A stretch of DNA of 64,000 nucleotides from Dudresnaya verticillata (taxonomy: Eukaryota), in the NCBI GenBank assembly GCA_977862235.1, contig OZ374561.1, positions 744,001-808,000 on the forward strand. Direction: 5' to 3'. Below the pieces are notes generated by a model, which saw nothing but the letters and a program-made list of their open reading frames with translations, ran no database searches and had not been told where the DNA came from. This document shows positions 9,968 to 22,162 of the stretch, piece by piece (the first letter of the stretch is position 1; each line of letters starts with the position of its first letter). Both the position numbers and the translations under genes were made by a program.

Positions 9968-11814
9968 ATGCAGCCAACTCGCGACACGCTCATCGCTGCC
10001 TTGCTCCAAGCAAAGCTGTGGCTGCGGCGCTTACATCGACGATGGCGACGGGATTTAGTTTCGCAAAAGGACAATCTAGCCGCTACCAAGGGCGTCTTCC
10101 TCGACAACGGATCTGGGCAAGATATCGACCCCTTGGACCACTCAACCTCTTCAAAAACACGTCGTTATCACCCCGCTGCGCTGCCTGCGCGCCCGATTGA
10201 TGCTGAGCCATTCCCAACAAGCGCCATCGTCGCCGTTTTGTTCTTTGCCAGCCTGCTTGTTAGAGGTTACGGGCTGTGGTTTCCAGACAGCGTTGTGTTC
10301 GACGAAGTGCACTTCCTGCGGTTCATTAAGGGCTACTATTATGGCAAGTACTTCTTCGACATTCATCCACCTCTTGGAAAGCTAATTTTGTTGCTAGTAA
10401 CAAAACTCTTCTGCGGTCCTCCAACACTCACGTTCGATATTAACGGAGAGCCTTTCGGTGATCAAGTATACACGCCTCTCCGCTGGACAAGCGCGCTATT
10501 TGGTTCTGCACTTGCTCCAGTATCTTACTTGATTTGCCGTGAGCTAGGACTATCCGTTCCAGCGTCAGTCGTACCAGCTGTTACTCAAGTTTTCGAGCAT
10601 CTGACAGTTGTTGAAAGCCGTTTGGTTCTACTCGACAGCCAGCTTATGTTCTTCATGGGGCTCTGTTTATTGTTCGCACTTCGGCTCTGGGGGGCGCGCA
10701 AAGAAACGAAACAAAGGCGAACATATCTTGTAGCGACAGCGCTCTCTGGGGCAGCAGCCATAAGCGTGAAATGGACTTCTCTAGCCACTCCAGCACTTGT
10801 TGCCCTGGTGTCATTGCTTGGAAGACCATTCCCAAGACAAGGCCGGTTGCAATGGAGCGAAATGGGACTTGCGGGCGCCATTGCACTAAGCTTTTATACC
10901 ATACTGTTCTACGTCCACTTCCGCCTGCTGCCAAATTCAGGGCAAGGTGATGCCTTCATGCGAATAGCCTTTCGCAAGACACTCATCGGCAGCAAACATT
11001 ATCAAAAGGGCTACAGAGGGCCAGGATTCCTACGTAACTTTATCTATCTTAACTGGGAAATGTACACGGCTAACGCCCATATCAAAACCCGGCATCATTG
11101 GGAGAGCAAGTGGTACCAATGGATCATTAATCAGAGGGGTCTCCTCTACTATAATGAGCCCAGTGAAGAAGGCGACGGTGTGCAGAGGATATACCTAATT
11201 GTGAATCCCGCTGTTACCGTAGTGTCGCTTGTGTCTCTGCTGGCGTACTTGATTATCATGCTGGGTTTTTATCTTCCCCGCAAACGTTCAAAACGACTAT
11301 CGCGAAGCAGCAGGTTGCATGCATTTGCAGCTCGAGGAACGTTTCTGTTCATGGGATATGTCGTGAACATCTTGCCATATGTCGGTACGTAGTTTCAACA
11401 AGGCAATCACATATCGCTCTGGTGTACCTACGGTGGCAGAGAAAGCTTCACGACTGATTATCTGAAAGACGTAACTCTTATTCTAACAGCCTTTTCATGC
11501 TTAACATTGTTTGGTGTGCTCTTGTGATCTTTTACTGCCTCTTACGGATGCTTGTGACTTGATGTCTACGTGTAACAGAGGTGGCGAGATGTACATTCTT
11601 GTACCATTACCTACCACCACTCTTCTATGCAATGCTGGGCACAGCGAACCTTATAGATCTGATACCCTCGTTGAGGACACAGAGGATAGTAAGTATTTGC
11701 TTCTTTGTAATGCTGGTTATTACATTCTGGATTTGGAGCCCTTGGATCTACGCGACTTCTCTACCGAGAGCACAGCACCAGTGGCGTAAGTTGTACGGTG
11801 TAAATTGGCAGTAA
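9968..11814 (+). CDS. Dolichyl-phosphate-mannose:protein O-mannosyltransferase (PMT/POMT, GT39), 2 exons: 9968-11384 and 11579-11814
   Basis: Motifs VVFDEVHF, FFDIHPPLGK, SRLVLLDS, SVKW, SGQGDAFM, HHWESKWYQW. Splicing gives ...ILPYVEVARCTFLYHYLP. Confidence 0.92.
11385..11578 (+). other. GT-AG intron (194 bp) in the PMT gene
   Basis: GTACGT donor and ...TAACAG acceptor. The phase-1 join restores the conserved RxxFLYHYLP motif. Confidence 0.8.
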
Positions 11815-12065
11815 CAGTGGCGGCAAGTTGTATCTGGAATTAGGTGTACCAAAAAACACGGTAGATGCGGATCAGCTTCATCGCGCAATATTGCGGACTA
11901 CTTTGGACCATGAGGAGCGTCACACCAATGTTGTTCTCAACACGAATACTGCAAACCGATCGATCTCTAGTGGAGCAAGCCGTTCGCTCCGAGTTATTTA
12001 TATAGTACATTCAGTGTTCTACATGAATGAGTGAACCCTGAACACGAAGGGAGACTTGTTAAAAA

Positions 12066-13625
12066 CTACGAGTAGTTTGACATGAACTGCTCGTGGAAGC
12101 GACGCATTTTCGCAATAACATTCTGAATCTCCTCCTCTGGGGGCAAGAAAGTTGTCCGGAAATGATACGTCCCATCTCGCTGTCCAAACCCAGAGCCAGG
12201 TACGACGCAGATCCCAGTCGCTTCTAGTAGTTCCAAGCAGTAGAGCACATCTGGGGACGCCAGACCACGATTTTCCGCCTCAGACGCAGCGCGCGGAGGG
12301 ATCGTAATTTGAGGGAAAAGGTACATAGCTCCTTCAGAAGGATTGCATGTGACCCCTTCGAAGGTGTTGAGTCCGTTAGATAAAGCAGTCGCTTTCCGTC
12401 GCAGTGAGTCGAAAATAGCAGTGACTTCAGAGTTGTACAGATCGTAGGAGGGATCCCCCTCTTCTGGCGGGGTCATCATCAAGTCAACAGCGACCTGCCC
12501 AACCACGTTTGAACAAAGCGATACCGAAAATATCTTGTAAATGAGGTCATTGACATATTGATCCATGTTTTGGACTTCCATATAGCCTCCCCGAAGACCA
12601 CACTCGCCCATAACCCCTTTGGAAACAGAATGGAAGGAGGCGAGCTCCACGTCGGATTGCAGCTCGGAAACGACTTTCTTAAACGAAACAAAAGGTTTGT
12701 CGACCGTGTAGACATTTTTCTGGTAGACCTCATCAGCGAGAATAACAAGATTCTCACGCTCGCAAAAGCGGACAATACCCTTCAAGTTGTCTTCAGACAA
12801 AACCTGGCCAGTAGGATTGCCTGGATTGATAACAACAAGCGCACGCACGGTGATCCCCTGCCTGCGAGCGTCTTGCAAGCGATCCTCCAGTTCAGCGACA
12901 CTGAGACCCCATGCATTGTCCTCCTCCAAATAGTAGCCTACTTGGGCGCCGTTCAGCGCAGTCATGGTTGCTGAGTACAATGGATACTGCGGAATCGGAA
13001 TCATGACGCCATCCGACGGTTGCCTGACAAGCAAACTCAACAGGGCCTTGACCGCGTCGCTAGCACCATTCGACAAAAAGATGTTGTCCGGGTTGCACGG
13101 GACGTCGTCTCTTCGATAAATGGCCCGCGCAATGCGCTCCCTCACAATGGAGAGCCCCCTGCTCTCTGTGTATGCACCAAAGCCATGACTAGCGTTGAGC
13201 ACCTCACGAACCCTTCGAACGACATCGTGCGGAAATACAGACGGCCTATCCGGTGCAACAAGATCGGGACACATAACGCCGGCCAGCACCTGCCTGACAA
13301 ACGTAATTGGCGACTGGCCAACCGACTGCGGGTTGCCGATATTGCAGTACACAATGCGGTCGAACGGAAGGGGAGATTCTGCACCCGGGGCCTTGGGGAG
13401 CATCTTGGCAAGGGCCTCGGCGCGGAGCACGAGCTGTCCGCGAACAGCATAGTCCATGTCCTCGAGGCAGCGGTTGACACCGCCAGCAGCGAACAGAACC
13501 TTACGCGGGGGCGCGGCGGGATGCGCCGGGGTGGGCTGGGTGCGGGAGGCCATGGGGCGGGCGTGGGTGCGAAGCGAGGAAGCGGGCGGAAGGGCGCGCA
13601 TGGCGCGACCTGCGACGCGCAGCAT
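12066..13625 (-). CDS. Alanine aminotransferase (AlaAT/GGAT family, PLP class I), probably mitochondrial
   Basis: Motifs YAVRG, CNIGNP, PIPQYPLYSA, INPGNPTG, ADEVYQ, SFHSVSKG, VPGSGFGQ..GTYHFRTT. Arg/Ala-rich presequence MLRVAGRAMRAL. Confidence 0.95.
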   Translation of the reverse strand: MLRVAGRAMRALPPASSLRTHARPMASRTQPTPAHPAAPPRKVLFAAGGVNRCLEDMDYAVRGQLVLRAEALAKMLPKAPGAESPLPFDRIVYCNIGNPQSVGQSPITFVRQVLAGVMCPDLVAPDRPSVFPHDVVRRVREVLNASHGFGAYTESRGLSIVRERIARAIYRRDDVPCNPDNIFLSNGASDAVKALLSLLVRQPSDGVMIPIPQYPLYSATMTALNGAQVGYYLEEDNAWGLSVAELEDRLQDARRQGITVRALVVINPGNPTGQVLSEDNLKGIVRFCERENLVILADEVYQKNVYTVDKPFVSFKKVVSELQSDVELASFHSVSKGVMGECGLRGGYMEVQNMDQYVNDLIYKIFSVSLCSNVVGQVAVDLMMTPPEEGDPSYDLYNSEVTAIFDSLRRKATALSNGLNTFEGVTCNPSEGAMYLFPQITIPPRAASEAENRGLASPDVLYCLELLEATGICVVPGSGFGQRDGTYHFRTTFLPPEEEIQNVIAKMRRFHEQFMSNYS

Positions 13626-15161
13626 TGCGGCGGCGGGGTTTATAAGCGGCGGCACAACGGCGGGCGGGCGGGACGCGGGGCGCATGCGGCGCTGGATAAG
13701 CTTGGAGACGGGCGCTGGCCGCGAGCAGCGCGCGCAGGCGAGATTGCTCGGCGCGGGCCAGCGTGCCGCTCGTTACGTGACGCTCCGCCTGTGCGCGTCG
13801 CAGGGCGCGATTTGGTGCTTCCTTTCGGGGTGCTGCTGCGCGGCTGCGGCGATGTCACTTGCGATGATGTGCGGGGAGATCTTTCCCACTGACCGCGCCT
13901 TGTGCCACCGTAGTTGGTTTTTGGGGGACGCGCGCCCAATCAGCGCGCTGTGCGCGCTCGGAAATGTGCTGGAAATGTGAGAATGCGCGCGGGCACCCAA
14001 TCGCTGGTGCGAGCGGGTGATGCGGAAATGAAACGGCGCGGCGATGATTGCACGGTTTGTACAGCCATCAGCTGCGCGAGACTCCGAGGCTTCGTTATCG
14101 ACAGCGAGCACGCAGCCTTCAACGGCTTGCAATGCGACGTCATGCACATCGCCGGACAGCACCCTTGCCTGCTCCCTCCCAGTCAACCGCAGAGCATTAA
14201 TTGCCGGTGACGTGACGGACATGACTGCGAATAGCGCGCTGCTCGGGAGGTGGAATCCCTGACGAGCTGCTACCACCCGAATAGGGAATTGCGTCACCAA
14301 ATGTGCAACCGCGTGGCCTTTGGTTTCATTCTAGGCGCTGGGACTCCAATAAAAACAGTAAATTTGAAACAGTACCGAGAAAAAGCAACTGCGGCTGTGC
14401 CTGTCCATCCTGGAGGGACATGCAGTCCTATCGCACAACGTGGAGGCAGAGCAGAAAGAAGCAGAAAATCTGTATGCATGTCCCTTTGCTCTTCGAGCAA
14501 TAATACGCTTCTAATCACGGTTGTCTCTTGTGACCAATTGCCTTTTAAACCCAACTTTAAGCGCACTCCCTCAGCGATGCCTGCGAAAAATGTTTTTCCG
14601 TTCGCTCCTGACTCTTCGAAGGCCCATTCGAGAATACTGCTAACTGCACCGTCAAGTTATATCAGAAGGATCTGGCTTTTTCTAAGTTCATTTGCCAAAC
14701 TGCACCTGTCCCAAACACAAAAAGAAAACCTAGCTCACCGCGCAAGTCACAATAACGATACCTGCTCAAGCTCGAGTTGTGCGCTTACCGTGTTAGATGC
14801 AGTTCAAATTCATAGCTTCATTCACCCCATCCGCTGCCTAACTCGCTCGTGTAGAACACTTCTGGCAACGCCATAACTGTGCCAAAGAGGAGGAATGAAA
14901 GAGAACACGATACTGTACAAGTCACAGCCGCAGTCTACACCGTACCTCCGCCCGCAACAACATTTCCGAAAATATCTTTTTCGCCATGGCGCCGTTTCGG
15001 AGCTCAGACAGTCGCCCAGATTTCCTGATTACTCAAACCTGACCACCCGTCTCACAGAGCAGGCTCGCCACAATGTGCTACTCCCGCGACTAAAGCCTTG
15101 CCCCCGAACGCCGCACCCACGCAGCATTGCACGCCCGTCACTACCAGCCGCCGCGACGAAA

Positions 15162-16607
15162 ATGGCGCTATGCAGCACTCCAACCTTTATCACCAGCCTA
15201 GGTCTCCCAGCGCGGGGCAAGCGTCTGACCCCATGTCCGCGCCGCGCCCGCCCGCGACCGCGCGTGCCGAGCATGGCGCTTCCAGGGCCACGTCTGGAAA
15301 ACTTGCGCATCTCAAAGCCTGCGTCCCCGGCCGCGGAGAAGAGCGCTGCCTTTGAAGACTGGCTGAAAGAGAACGGCATGTACCTCTCCGAGCTCGCCAC
15401 CTGGGGCCGCGCGAAGCACCCGCTCGCCATTGCCAATGAGACCGTCGACGACGGAGAGAGCTCTGGCCGCGGCCTAGTCGCCGTCAAGGGCATCGTGCAA
15501 GGCGAGTCCATCTTCGAGGTCCCGACCGAAGTCATTATTACGAAGGAGCGCGCGTTGCGCGAAATCCCGCAGCTCAGCGAAGACGTCGATGAGTACATCG
15601 CCATCGCTACTCTTCTTGTCCAGGAACGAGCGAAAGGGCCGGACAGCTTTTGGGCTCCCTATTTTGACGTACTGCCCGCCGATGAAGATTTGGTTCCGTT
15701 ATTTCGATGGACTGAGGAGGATCTAGCGCTGTTGGAAGGGAGCTCGTGCATTGCTGCGGCGAAGAGCTTGCGGGCTAAGCTGGCGAATGAGTTTGCTAGC
15801 GCGGAAGAAACCATTTTTGAACCGAATCGTGAGCTGTTTCCGGAAGATGTATTTACGCTTGTGTCATGGGAGTGGGCGTTTGCAGTGCTGTTCTCTCGCG
15901 CAATCATGCTGACGGCGGAACAGCGAATTGCTTTAGTACCTTACGCTGATTTGCTCAACCATAATCCGTTCTGCTCAACATACATTGACGTGCAAAAGAA
16001 GCAGTTGTCAGACGCGAAATATGTGACGCTGTATACAGACCGGCCATACTCAACTATGGACCAGGTCTTTGTGACTTATGGTCCGAAGTCCAACGGCGAG
16101 CTGCTCCTGCTGTACGGCTTCATTAGCGATCGAAACCCGTACGACTCAGTAGAACTTGTCGTATCCCTACAGGAGAAGGATCCGCTCTTCGAACAGAAGA
16201 AGCAGTATCTCCGGGACTCAGGAGTAGAACCAACAACCAAATTCCCCCTGTACACCGACAGGTATCCGATGGAGCTGATAGAATTTCTCCGGTTTTGCGT
16301 CGCCAATGAGGACGAACTTGAAAACGCGGACTTTGGTGATTTCATTAACGAGGAAAATGAGACTGCTGTTGCAAAGGCGCTAATCGAGGCGTGCCAGACA
16401 GTTCTTGCGGGTTATCCACAGACTCGGGAGGATGATGACAAATTCATGGAAGATCGTTCCATGTACCGACTGCTGCCCCAAAAGAACCGATGGGCTATTC
16501 GACAGCGCAGGGCAGAGAAGCGGATTTTAGAGAGGACAATTACAAGCATTCAGCAGGAAATGAGTGACCCGACCTTTATGTTCACTGAGACATCAGGAGG
16601 GAAGTAG
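15162..16607 (+). CDS. Plastid-targeted SET-domain lysine methyltransferase (Rubisco LSMT/SETD3-like)
   Basis: Motifs GRGLVA, WAPYFDVLP, LVPYADLLNH, QVFVTYGPKSNGELLLLYGF, and an LSMT substrate-binding C-terminus. Transit-peptide-like N-terminus from 15162. Confidence 0.9.
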   Translation: MALCSTPTFITSLGLPARGKRLTPCPRRARPRPRVPSMALPGPRLENLRISKPASPAAEKSAAFEDWLKENGMYLSELATWGRAKHPLAIANETVDDGESSGRGLVAVKGIVQGESIFEVPTEVIITKERALREIPQLSEDVDEYIAIATLLVQERAKGPDSFWAPYFDVLPADEDLVPLFRWTEEDLALLEGSSCIAAAKSLRAKLANEFASAEETIFEPNRELFPEDVFTLVSWEWAFAVLFSRAIMLTAEQRIALVPYADLLNHNPFCSTYIDVQKKQLSDAKYVTLYTDRPYSTMDQVFVTYGPKSNGELLLLYGFISDRNPYDSVELVVSLQEKDPLFEQKKQYLRDSGVEPTTKFPLYTDRYPMELIEFLRFCVANEDELENADFGDFINEENETAVAKALIEACQTVLAGYPQTREDDDKFMEDRSMYRLLPQKNRWAIRQRRAEKRILERTITSIQQEMSDPTFMFTETSGGK

Positions 16608-17225
16608 GAATAAACGAAATGAAACCCGATGAAATGCATATTTTCGAAGTGAACGAGACAAAAAGCATCGGAGCCGTCCTGGGACAAATGCCACTCGGAT
16701 ATCTCTAGTCGTCTCTTCTTTTTACACACAGACAAGAAGTACTGATGCCAGCAACGAAGAAGGCATACACTTCCATTGCACTCGATCCAGAGCAGGAAAG
16801 TTTCTGGACCCTCGAACAGACTCACGATCAAAGTTCTTGGGTGTCGCAGTTCGTTGGATGACGGACATGGAATTCTGGCCTTTCTCGGTTAGTGTGAGAG
16901 GGGTTTGGAAGTCGTTAGAAGATGAACAAATGCATTTTAGAGGATTAGATTGAACCTCGAGATACACGATGCTTTCCTACTTGCTTGACTCGGGACCAAA
17001 CCTGACTGGGCACTCTAAGTTGCAGAACAAGTATCTCTGGAATCGGTATACCGCAGGAATGCAAAACGATTAATGTTTCGACGACAGGGCGAAACCAGTG
17101 AGCCTTCTCGGGGAAGAAATGACATGGTTTATTTCGCAGGGTCATAGGATAGGATTACCCACAATACGGCGCCACGGTGACGAAGATCCAGGAAACAAGT
17201 AACAGAGGAGCAAAGCCTGATGTCG

Positions 17226-17993
17226 TTACATGATTTGTGGCTTTGCCGGCTTCGGGAGCGATCTCTTGGTCTGAATGACCTCGTCAATAATGCCGTACTC
17301 AAGTGCTTCCTCTGGGGTCATGAAGAAGTCGCGATCGGTGTCCGTTTCGATCCTGGCAAGATCCTGTCCAGTAGCATTAGCCATGTATCCGTTTAACAAG
17401 GAGCGAATGAACAAAATCTCCTTTGCCTGGATCTCGATGTCCGCAGCCTGGCCCTGGGCTCCACCAAGCGGCTGATGGATCATGATACGCGAGTTGGGCA
17501 GACTCTTCCTCTTCCCCTTAGTGCCACTGGAAAGCAAGAACGCGCCCATGGAGGCAGCTGTGCCGAAGCAGATAGTAGCGACGTCGCACGGGATATACTG
17601 CATGGTATCAAAGATGGCCAGTCCCGCCGAGACAGAGCCGCCGGGCGAGTTGATATACAGGGTGATATCCTTAGAAGGGTCGTCGGCAGACAGGAAGAGC
17701 ATTTGGGCAACAAGGGCGTTGGCGACCTCGTCGTCGACCTGGCGCCCAAGCAGCAGAATACGGTCCTTCGCCAGGCGCGAATACACGTCCATTTGATTCT
17801 CGCCAAACGTCACCATCGGGACCGGGGCCGGCGGCTTCTTCTGCGGACGTGGCCCGCGCGACCATTCCGATGTGAGAGAGGCGCTTGGGGTTACACGCGC
17901 GGTGCGCGGTGCAGAGCGCTCGCATTTGGTCGATGACGATGTGAAGGCCGATTCGCGCAGGGCGGCACCCGTGAACGGTGACACGAAAGCCAT
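17226..17993 (-). CDS. clpP: ATP-dependent Clp protease proteolytic subunit, plastid-targeted
   Basis: Motifs [14 protein letters not shown] (catalytic Ser), IMIHQP (His), DRDFFM (Asp). MAFVSPF transit peptide. Confidence 0.96.
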   Translation of the reverse strand: MAFVSPFTGAALRESAFTSSSTKCERSAPRTARVTPSASLTSEWSRGPRPQKKPPAPVPMVTFGENQMDVYSRLAKDRILLLGRQVDDEVANALVAQMLFLSADDPSKDITLYINSPGGSVSAGLAIFDTMQYIPCDVATICFGTAASMGAFLLSSGTKGKRKSLPNSRIMIHQPLGGAQGQAADIEIQAKEILFIRSLLNGYMANATGQDLARIETDTDRDFFMTPEEALEYGIIDEVIQTKRSLPKPAKPQIM

Positions 17994-18654
17994 TCTGCGG
18001 TGATGAGGCTGGTGGTAGCGGAGTCGAGGGGAAGCAGAATTGTTCTAGTTGCCGAGGGAAGGAGAAGCGAGACGGAAGGCTCCTAGATCCGAACAAGCGT
18101 GGGACGTTGTGTGGAAGCTGATGAAGCGATGCCAGGTGTGCACGAGGAACGCGATGCCGAGGTTGAGGGTTCCATGGTTGGCATTTCGGTCGGAAAACGG
18201 CTGACCTCCCACATGTCCACGTGTGTGACGTAGCGAAGCAGATCAAAACCGCATGGTGGAGTAAGGTAATGAGTTCGACCGATTGGCTGTGGTGTGTCCA
18301 ATAAAGTGCTACCAAGTGGAGACCTCTGCTGGCCCCTGACCCTGACTCAGATTGGGGTGCTCCCCGTGAATTTCAGGTTGCACCGCAGCTTGATGCTCAT
18401 CCTCTGCCAACACAAATTTTGCTATGCTATCCATTTGCAACCGAAGCCCTCTTAGCACCCGCCCGCTACTACGCCTGCTTTATCAGTCGGCTGTTCCCAC
18501 TGCTCTACAACAACGTATTCGCTGCGCTTACAGAATTGGCTTGGGCTCTTGGGAAAGTTGCTTAGGACAGCAACACGAATCGAGTCTGACGCCGTTGAGC
18601 AGTTCTCACAAATTCCATTGGAGAGGCCTGTGCGTCAGAGGAAACAAGCAAGCC

Positions 18655-19977
18655 ATGTCTAATCTCCGCCCCCGCGTTGCAATAATCGGAGCTGGCGCAG
18701 CAGGGCTATGCACAGCGCGTGAGCTACTGTCTCATGGCCACCCGGTAACAATCTACGAGGCCACGTCCCACATCGGCGGTACCTGGGCATACTCCCCAGT
18801 CCCGTCCCCGTCAACCTCCCTGTACGAGTCTCTTCGTTGCAACCTCCCGCATCAGGCTATGTGCTTCACGGACAAGCCCTTTCCACCCGGTACGCGCAGC
18901 TTCTGCGGCCACAAAGACGTCCTCAGCTACCTCTCCGATTTCACAGAAGAACACGACCTCCGTCGTCACGTCGTATTCAACGCCCGCGTTACCGCTGTCA
19001 GCAAGGTCTCCGACGTCTGGATTGTCCGCGTTGGAAGCGAGGAGCACGCGTTTGGCGCTGTCGCTATTGCCGTCGGGCACTACACCACACCCAACCCGTG
19101 GCGACCAGCCGGGACGGAAGAGTTTTGTCAAGAGGGGAGGACAGTCACACACTCGCATAATTATAAGACTCCGCATAGATACAAGGGACGTCGTGTGGTT
19201 GTTGCGGGTGCCGGGCCGTCGGGAGTCGATATCGCTATAGAACTGTCAAATTCGGGAGCGGAGGTGATCCTGTCGCATGCAAAGTGGCGCAGCAGTGTGC
19301 TGCAGGGTACCACAAGAGAGGTAGGTCGTCTTGCCGACTTGACCGCTTCGGGGGAAGCCGTATCTGTCGATGGTGAAAGGTTCGCAGTCGATGATGTTGT
19401 TCTCTGTACAGGTTATCAGTACAGATACCCGTTTTTGAAGGAGGGCGAAGCCGGAGTGCGCGCTGCAGAGGATGGTCGGTCAGTGCGTGGACTGGTAGGT
19501 CATCTGTTCGCGAGGAAGGACCCGACCTTGGCGTTCTTAGGTCTGCTCTGGAAAGTTGCGCCGTTCCCAATATTCCAAGACCAGGCAGCCTTCCTCGCGG
19601 CGCTCTGGGGTAATCGTCTCTCACGACAACGCCTTGCTGAATACGTGCGTATCGAAAGCGAGGACTGGGATTTAGCAATGGAAGGCGAACCACGGTTCTT
19701 ACATCGCTTAGGGTCCCGCCAATGGGAATATCGGCGACGACTGGCCGACTGGGCAGGAAGGCCTATGCCTGTACTTTCCGTGCAGGAAATATACCAGGAC
19801 GCGTCAGTATTGAGGCGAAGGTACCTGCGTACTTACCGAGAGCGGGAATATGTGCTGCTTGGCTCTGGCTCCGGCGAATGGCGGGCCATCCAGGATGGGG
19901 CTGACGTGACAGGGACGGGGGATCCTGCTTCGCCGCATTCGTACGCTCAGACGACACAACGAACCCCTTTCGAGTAA
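18655..19977 (+). CDS. Flavin-containing monooxygenase (FMO GS-OX-like)
   Basis: GAGAAG (FAD), GGTW, LYESLRCNLP, HSHNYK FMO fingerprint, GAGPSG (NADPH), CTGY. Confidence 0.93.
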   Translation: MSNLRPRVAIIGAGAAGLCTARELLSHGHPVTIYEATSHIGGTWAYSPVPSPSTSLYESLRCNLPHQAMCFTDKPFPPGTRSFCGHKDVLSYLSDFTEEHDLRRHVVFNARVTAVSKVSDVWIVRVGSEEHAFGAVAIAVGHYTTPNPWRPAGTEEFCQEGRTVTHSHNYKTPHRYKGRRVVVAGAGPSGVDIAIELSNSGAEVILSHAKWRSSVLQGTTREVGRLADLTASGEAVSVDGERFAVDDVVLCTGYQYRYPFLKEGEAGVRAAEDGRSVRGLVGHLFARKDPTLAFLGLLWKVAPFPIFQDQAAFLAALWGNRLSRQRLAEYVRIESEDWDLAMEGEPRFLHRLGSRQWEYRRRLADWAGRPMPVLSVQEIYQDASVLRRRYLRTYREREYVLLGSGSGEWRAIQDGADVTGTGDPASPHSYAQTTQRTPFE

Positions 19978-20887
19978 GACATGGAATGGCATACTGTTGC
20001 AGTACATTGCCATATCCTTCTGCGGAACAAAAGTTTGGAATGGGGTGATCGCAGCTCGTGAAGCAGTTGCAACTTGAACACAAGTACCCCAGTGTTGTGA
20101 AAACGGCTAAAGGCAGAACTGAACGAGACTCTCATGCCCCTGCTGGCCATGCCGGTTGTCCCGCGTGGGACTTTTTCTGTACGTTCTACCCTGCCCCTGC
20201 AATCGCTATCTGGAAAAGGCAAGATCAGCGACAACGCCAGGGCGGGAACGGTTATGAGATGAGCGGAACATATCGAAATGTTGACTAATCGCACCATTAG
20301 CAGAGAATCCGGCGTCATCAAGGGCCCGGATGCAACGCCCCTTTGTCGTGACAGCACTGTAGACTTTTCGAGTGGAAAACAATAGAAAATGTAGACAGGT
20401 ATTTCGAAGGACTATAAAGTTGACTCTGCTTCTTGTGCACAGACTCGCGCGTTAAAGACGGGGAGGATGCAATCTCGCAAGTGGCGAAGCACTGGAGAAC
20501 ACACCTCACGCGAAGCGGTGCAGCACGCGGGACGGGTTGCGTAAGCCACGAGCAAGCGCGATAGCGAATCCTGCAATCGGGATCTTCGCAACTTGCGCCT
20601 GCATCGTCACAGGCTGCCGGCGGCAGCCACCCATTGGACACGTCTGCGCGATTCGCGCTTCTGCCACGGAGATTCTAAAACACCCAATCCAAAGCGCCCA
20701 AGTGCTATTGAAATTTTGCATCGCTCACCTCCCTCCCCCATGGGCCGACCACTTGTCACTAGCCAGATTCAACTTCCTCCGCCTGCTCCTCAGACGCCCG
20801 CATCTTCCGCACAACAACCTCGCTTCCGCCTCCGCATCCCGCCGCCTTCGCCCACCCCGCGCCGAAGGAGGCGGGAGCGCGATCCCC

Positions 20888-22162
20888 ATGGGCTCTTGTT
20901 TCAGCAAGAACACGGGCGCGGCTCAGCCGCGCTCGCGCCCAACCAGCCCCTCCGCCGCAGAGTGGTCCACCGTCGCTACCAACGTCCTGCCGGCTTGCGA
21001 GCCCGTTCGCCTGCTTGGCGAAGGAACCTTCGGAACCGTCGTCCTGGTTCGTGAGCGCTCCACAGGGCAGCTGTTTGCCGCCAAGGTCATGTCTAAAAGC
21101 CAACTCGTCGTCGCGGAGCAGCTCGAGTCTGTCGTTACAGAGCGCCAGGTCCTTCGGGAGGCCGGTCCGCATCCGTTCGTTGTTGAGTGTCACTCAGGCT
21201 TTCAGACTTCTGATGCTGTTGTGCTTGTGCTTGAATATGTCTCCGGCGGAGATATGTTCGACCTCATGAAGAAACACGGCTGCCTCTCTGAAGACCAGGC
21301 CCGATTCTATCTCGCCGAGATTACCGTGGCAGTCGCTGAGCTACACCGCCACGATTTTGTGTTCCGCGACCTCAAGCTTGAAAACATTCTTATTGATGAG
21401 CAAGGTCACGTTCGACTCACAGACTTTGGCCTGGCGGGCAAATTTATCTCGGGTGATCCGGCCGAGAAGGTAATCTTCGACATTTCTGGTACTGCTATCT
21501 ATCAGGCACCGGAAATGCTTGCAGGCAAGGGCCATGGCCGTGTGGTTGACTGGTGGGCCTTGGGTGTACTGGCCTATGTCCTCCTGGCCGGGCGTCCTCC
21601 GTTTGCTGCTGATTCGTCGCGCGAGCAACTATACGACCGTATCCAGCACGCCGACCTCGACTTGGATAACGATGACAGATTACAAGATGTATCCGATACG
21701 TGCCGTGACTTCATTGCCAAGCTGCTAGACAAGAACCCAGCAACGAGGCTTGGGAGTGATGGCAATGACGCTGTGGACGTGCAAAACCATCCGTTCTTCA
21801 GCGGCATAGACTGGAAGGGTGTGACCAACTTCGAGCTTAACCCACCGCTTGACCCTGCTCTTCGACCGCCCGCGTCAGAAAGTGGCACTATTGCCGACCC
21901 GCAAGAAGTCAAGGTGGCCCACAAGAAGCTCGCAGATAAAGTTTTGGGCAAGCACAAGTCGCCTGGTCGTGGCTTGGTAAAGACAGCTTCTGCGCGGAGG
22001 AGAGAGCTGGATGCAGGAGAATATAAGCCCGTGCAAGTCAACGGCCGTGGTGCGAAGGGTAGGGTTTCGATAGGTCTCGATTTCGACGGAGTTAATGAAA
22101 CGGCTGCTGGAAAGACTTGGACGGGAACTTCAGACGACTTCGGAAGGGTCATCAAGGGGTAA
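20888..22162 (+). CDS. AGC-family Ser/Thr kinase, predicted N-acylated
   Basis: MGSCFSK start (Gly2, Cys4). Motifs GEGTFG, AAK, FRDLKLEN, DFG, APE, DWWALG, HPFFSGIDW. Confidence 0.93.
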   Translation: MGSCFSKNTGAAQPRSRPTSPSAAEWSTVATNVLPACEPVRLLGEGTFGTVVLVRERSTGQLFAAKVMSKSQLVVAEQLESVVTERQVLREAGPHPFVVECHSGFQTSDAVVLVLEYVSGGDMFDLMKKHGCLSEDQARFYLAEITVAVAELHRHDFVFRDLKLENILIDEQGHVRLTDFGLAGKFISGDPAEKVIFDISGTAIYQAPEMLAGKGHGRVVDWWALGVLAYVLLAGRPPFAADSSREQLYDRIQHADLDLDNDDRLQDVSDTCRDFIAKLLDKNPATRLGSDGNDAVDVQNHPFFSGIDWKGVTNFELNPPLDPALRPPASESGTIADPQEVKVAHKKLADKVLGKHKSPGRGLVKTASARRRELDAGEYKPVQVNGRGAKGRVSIGLDFDGVNETAAGKTWTGTSDDFGRVIKG

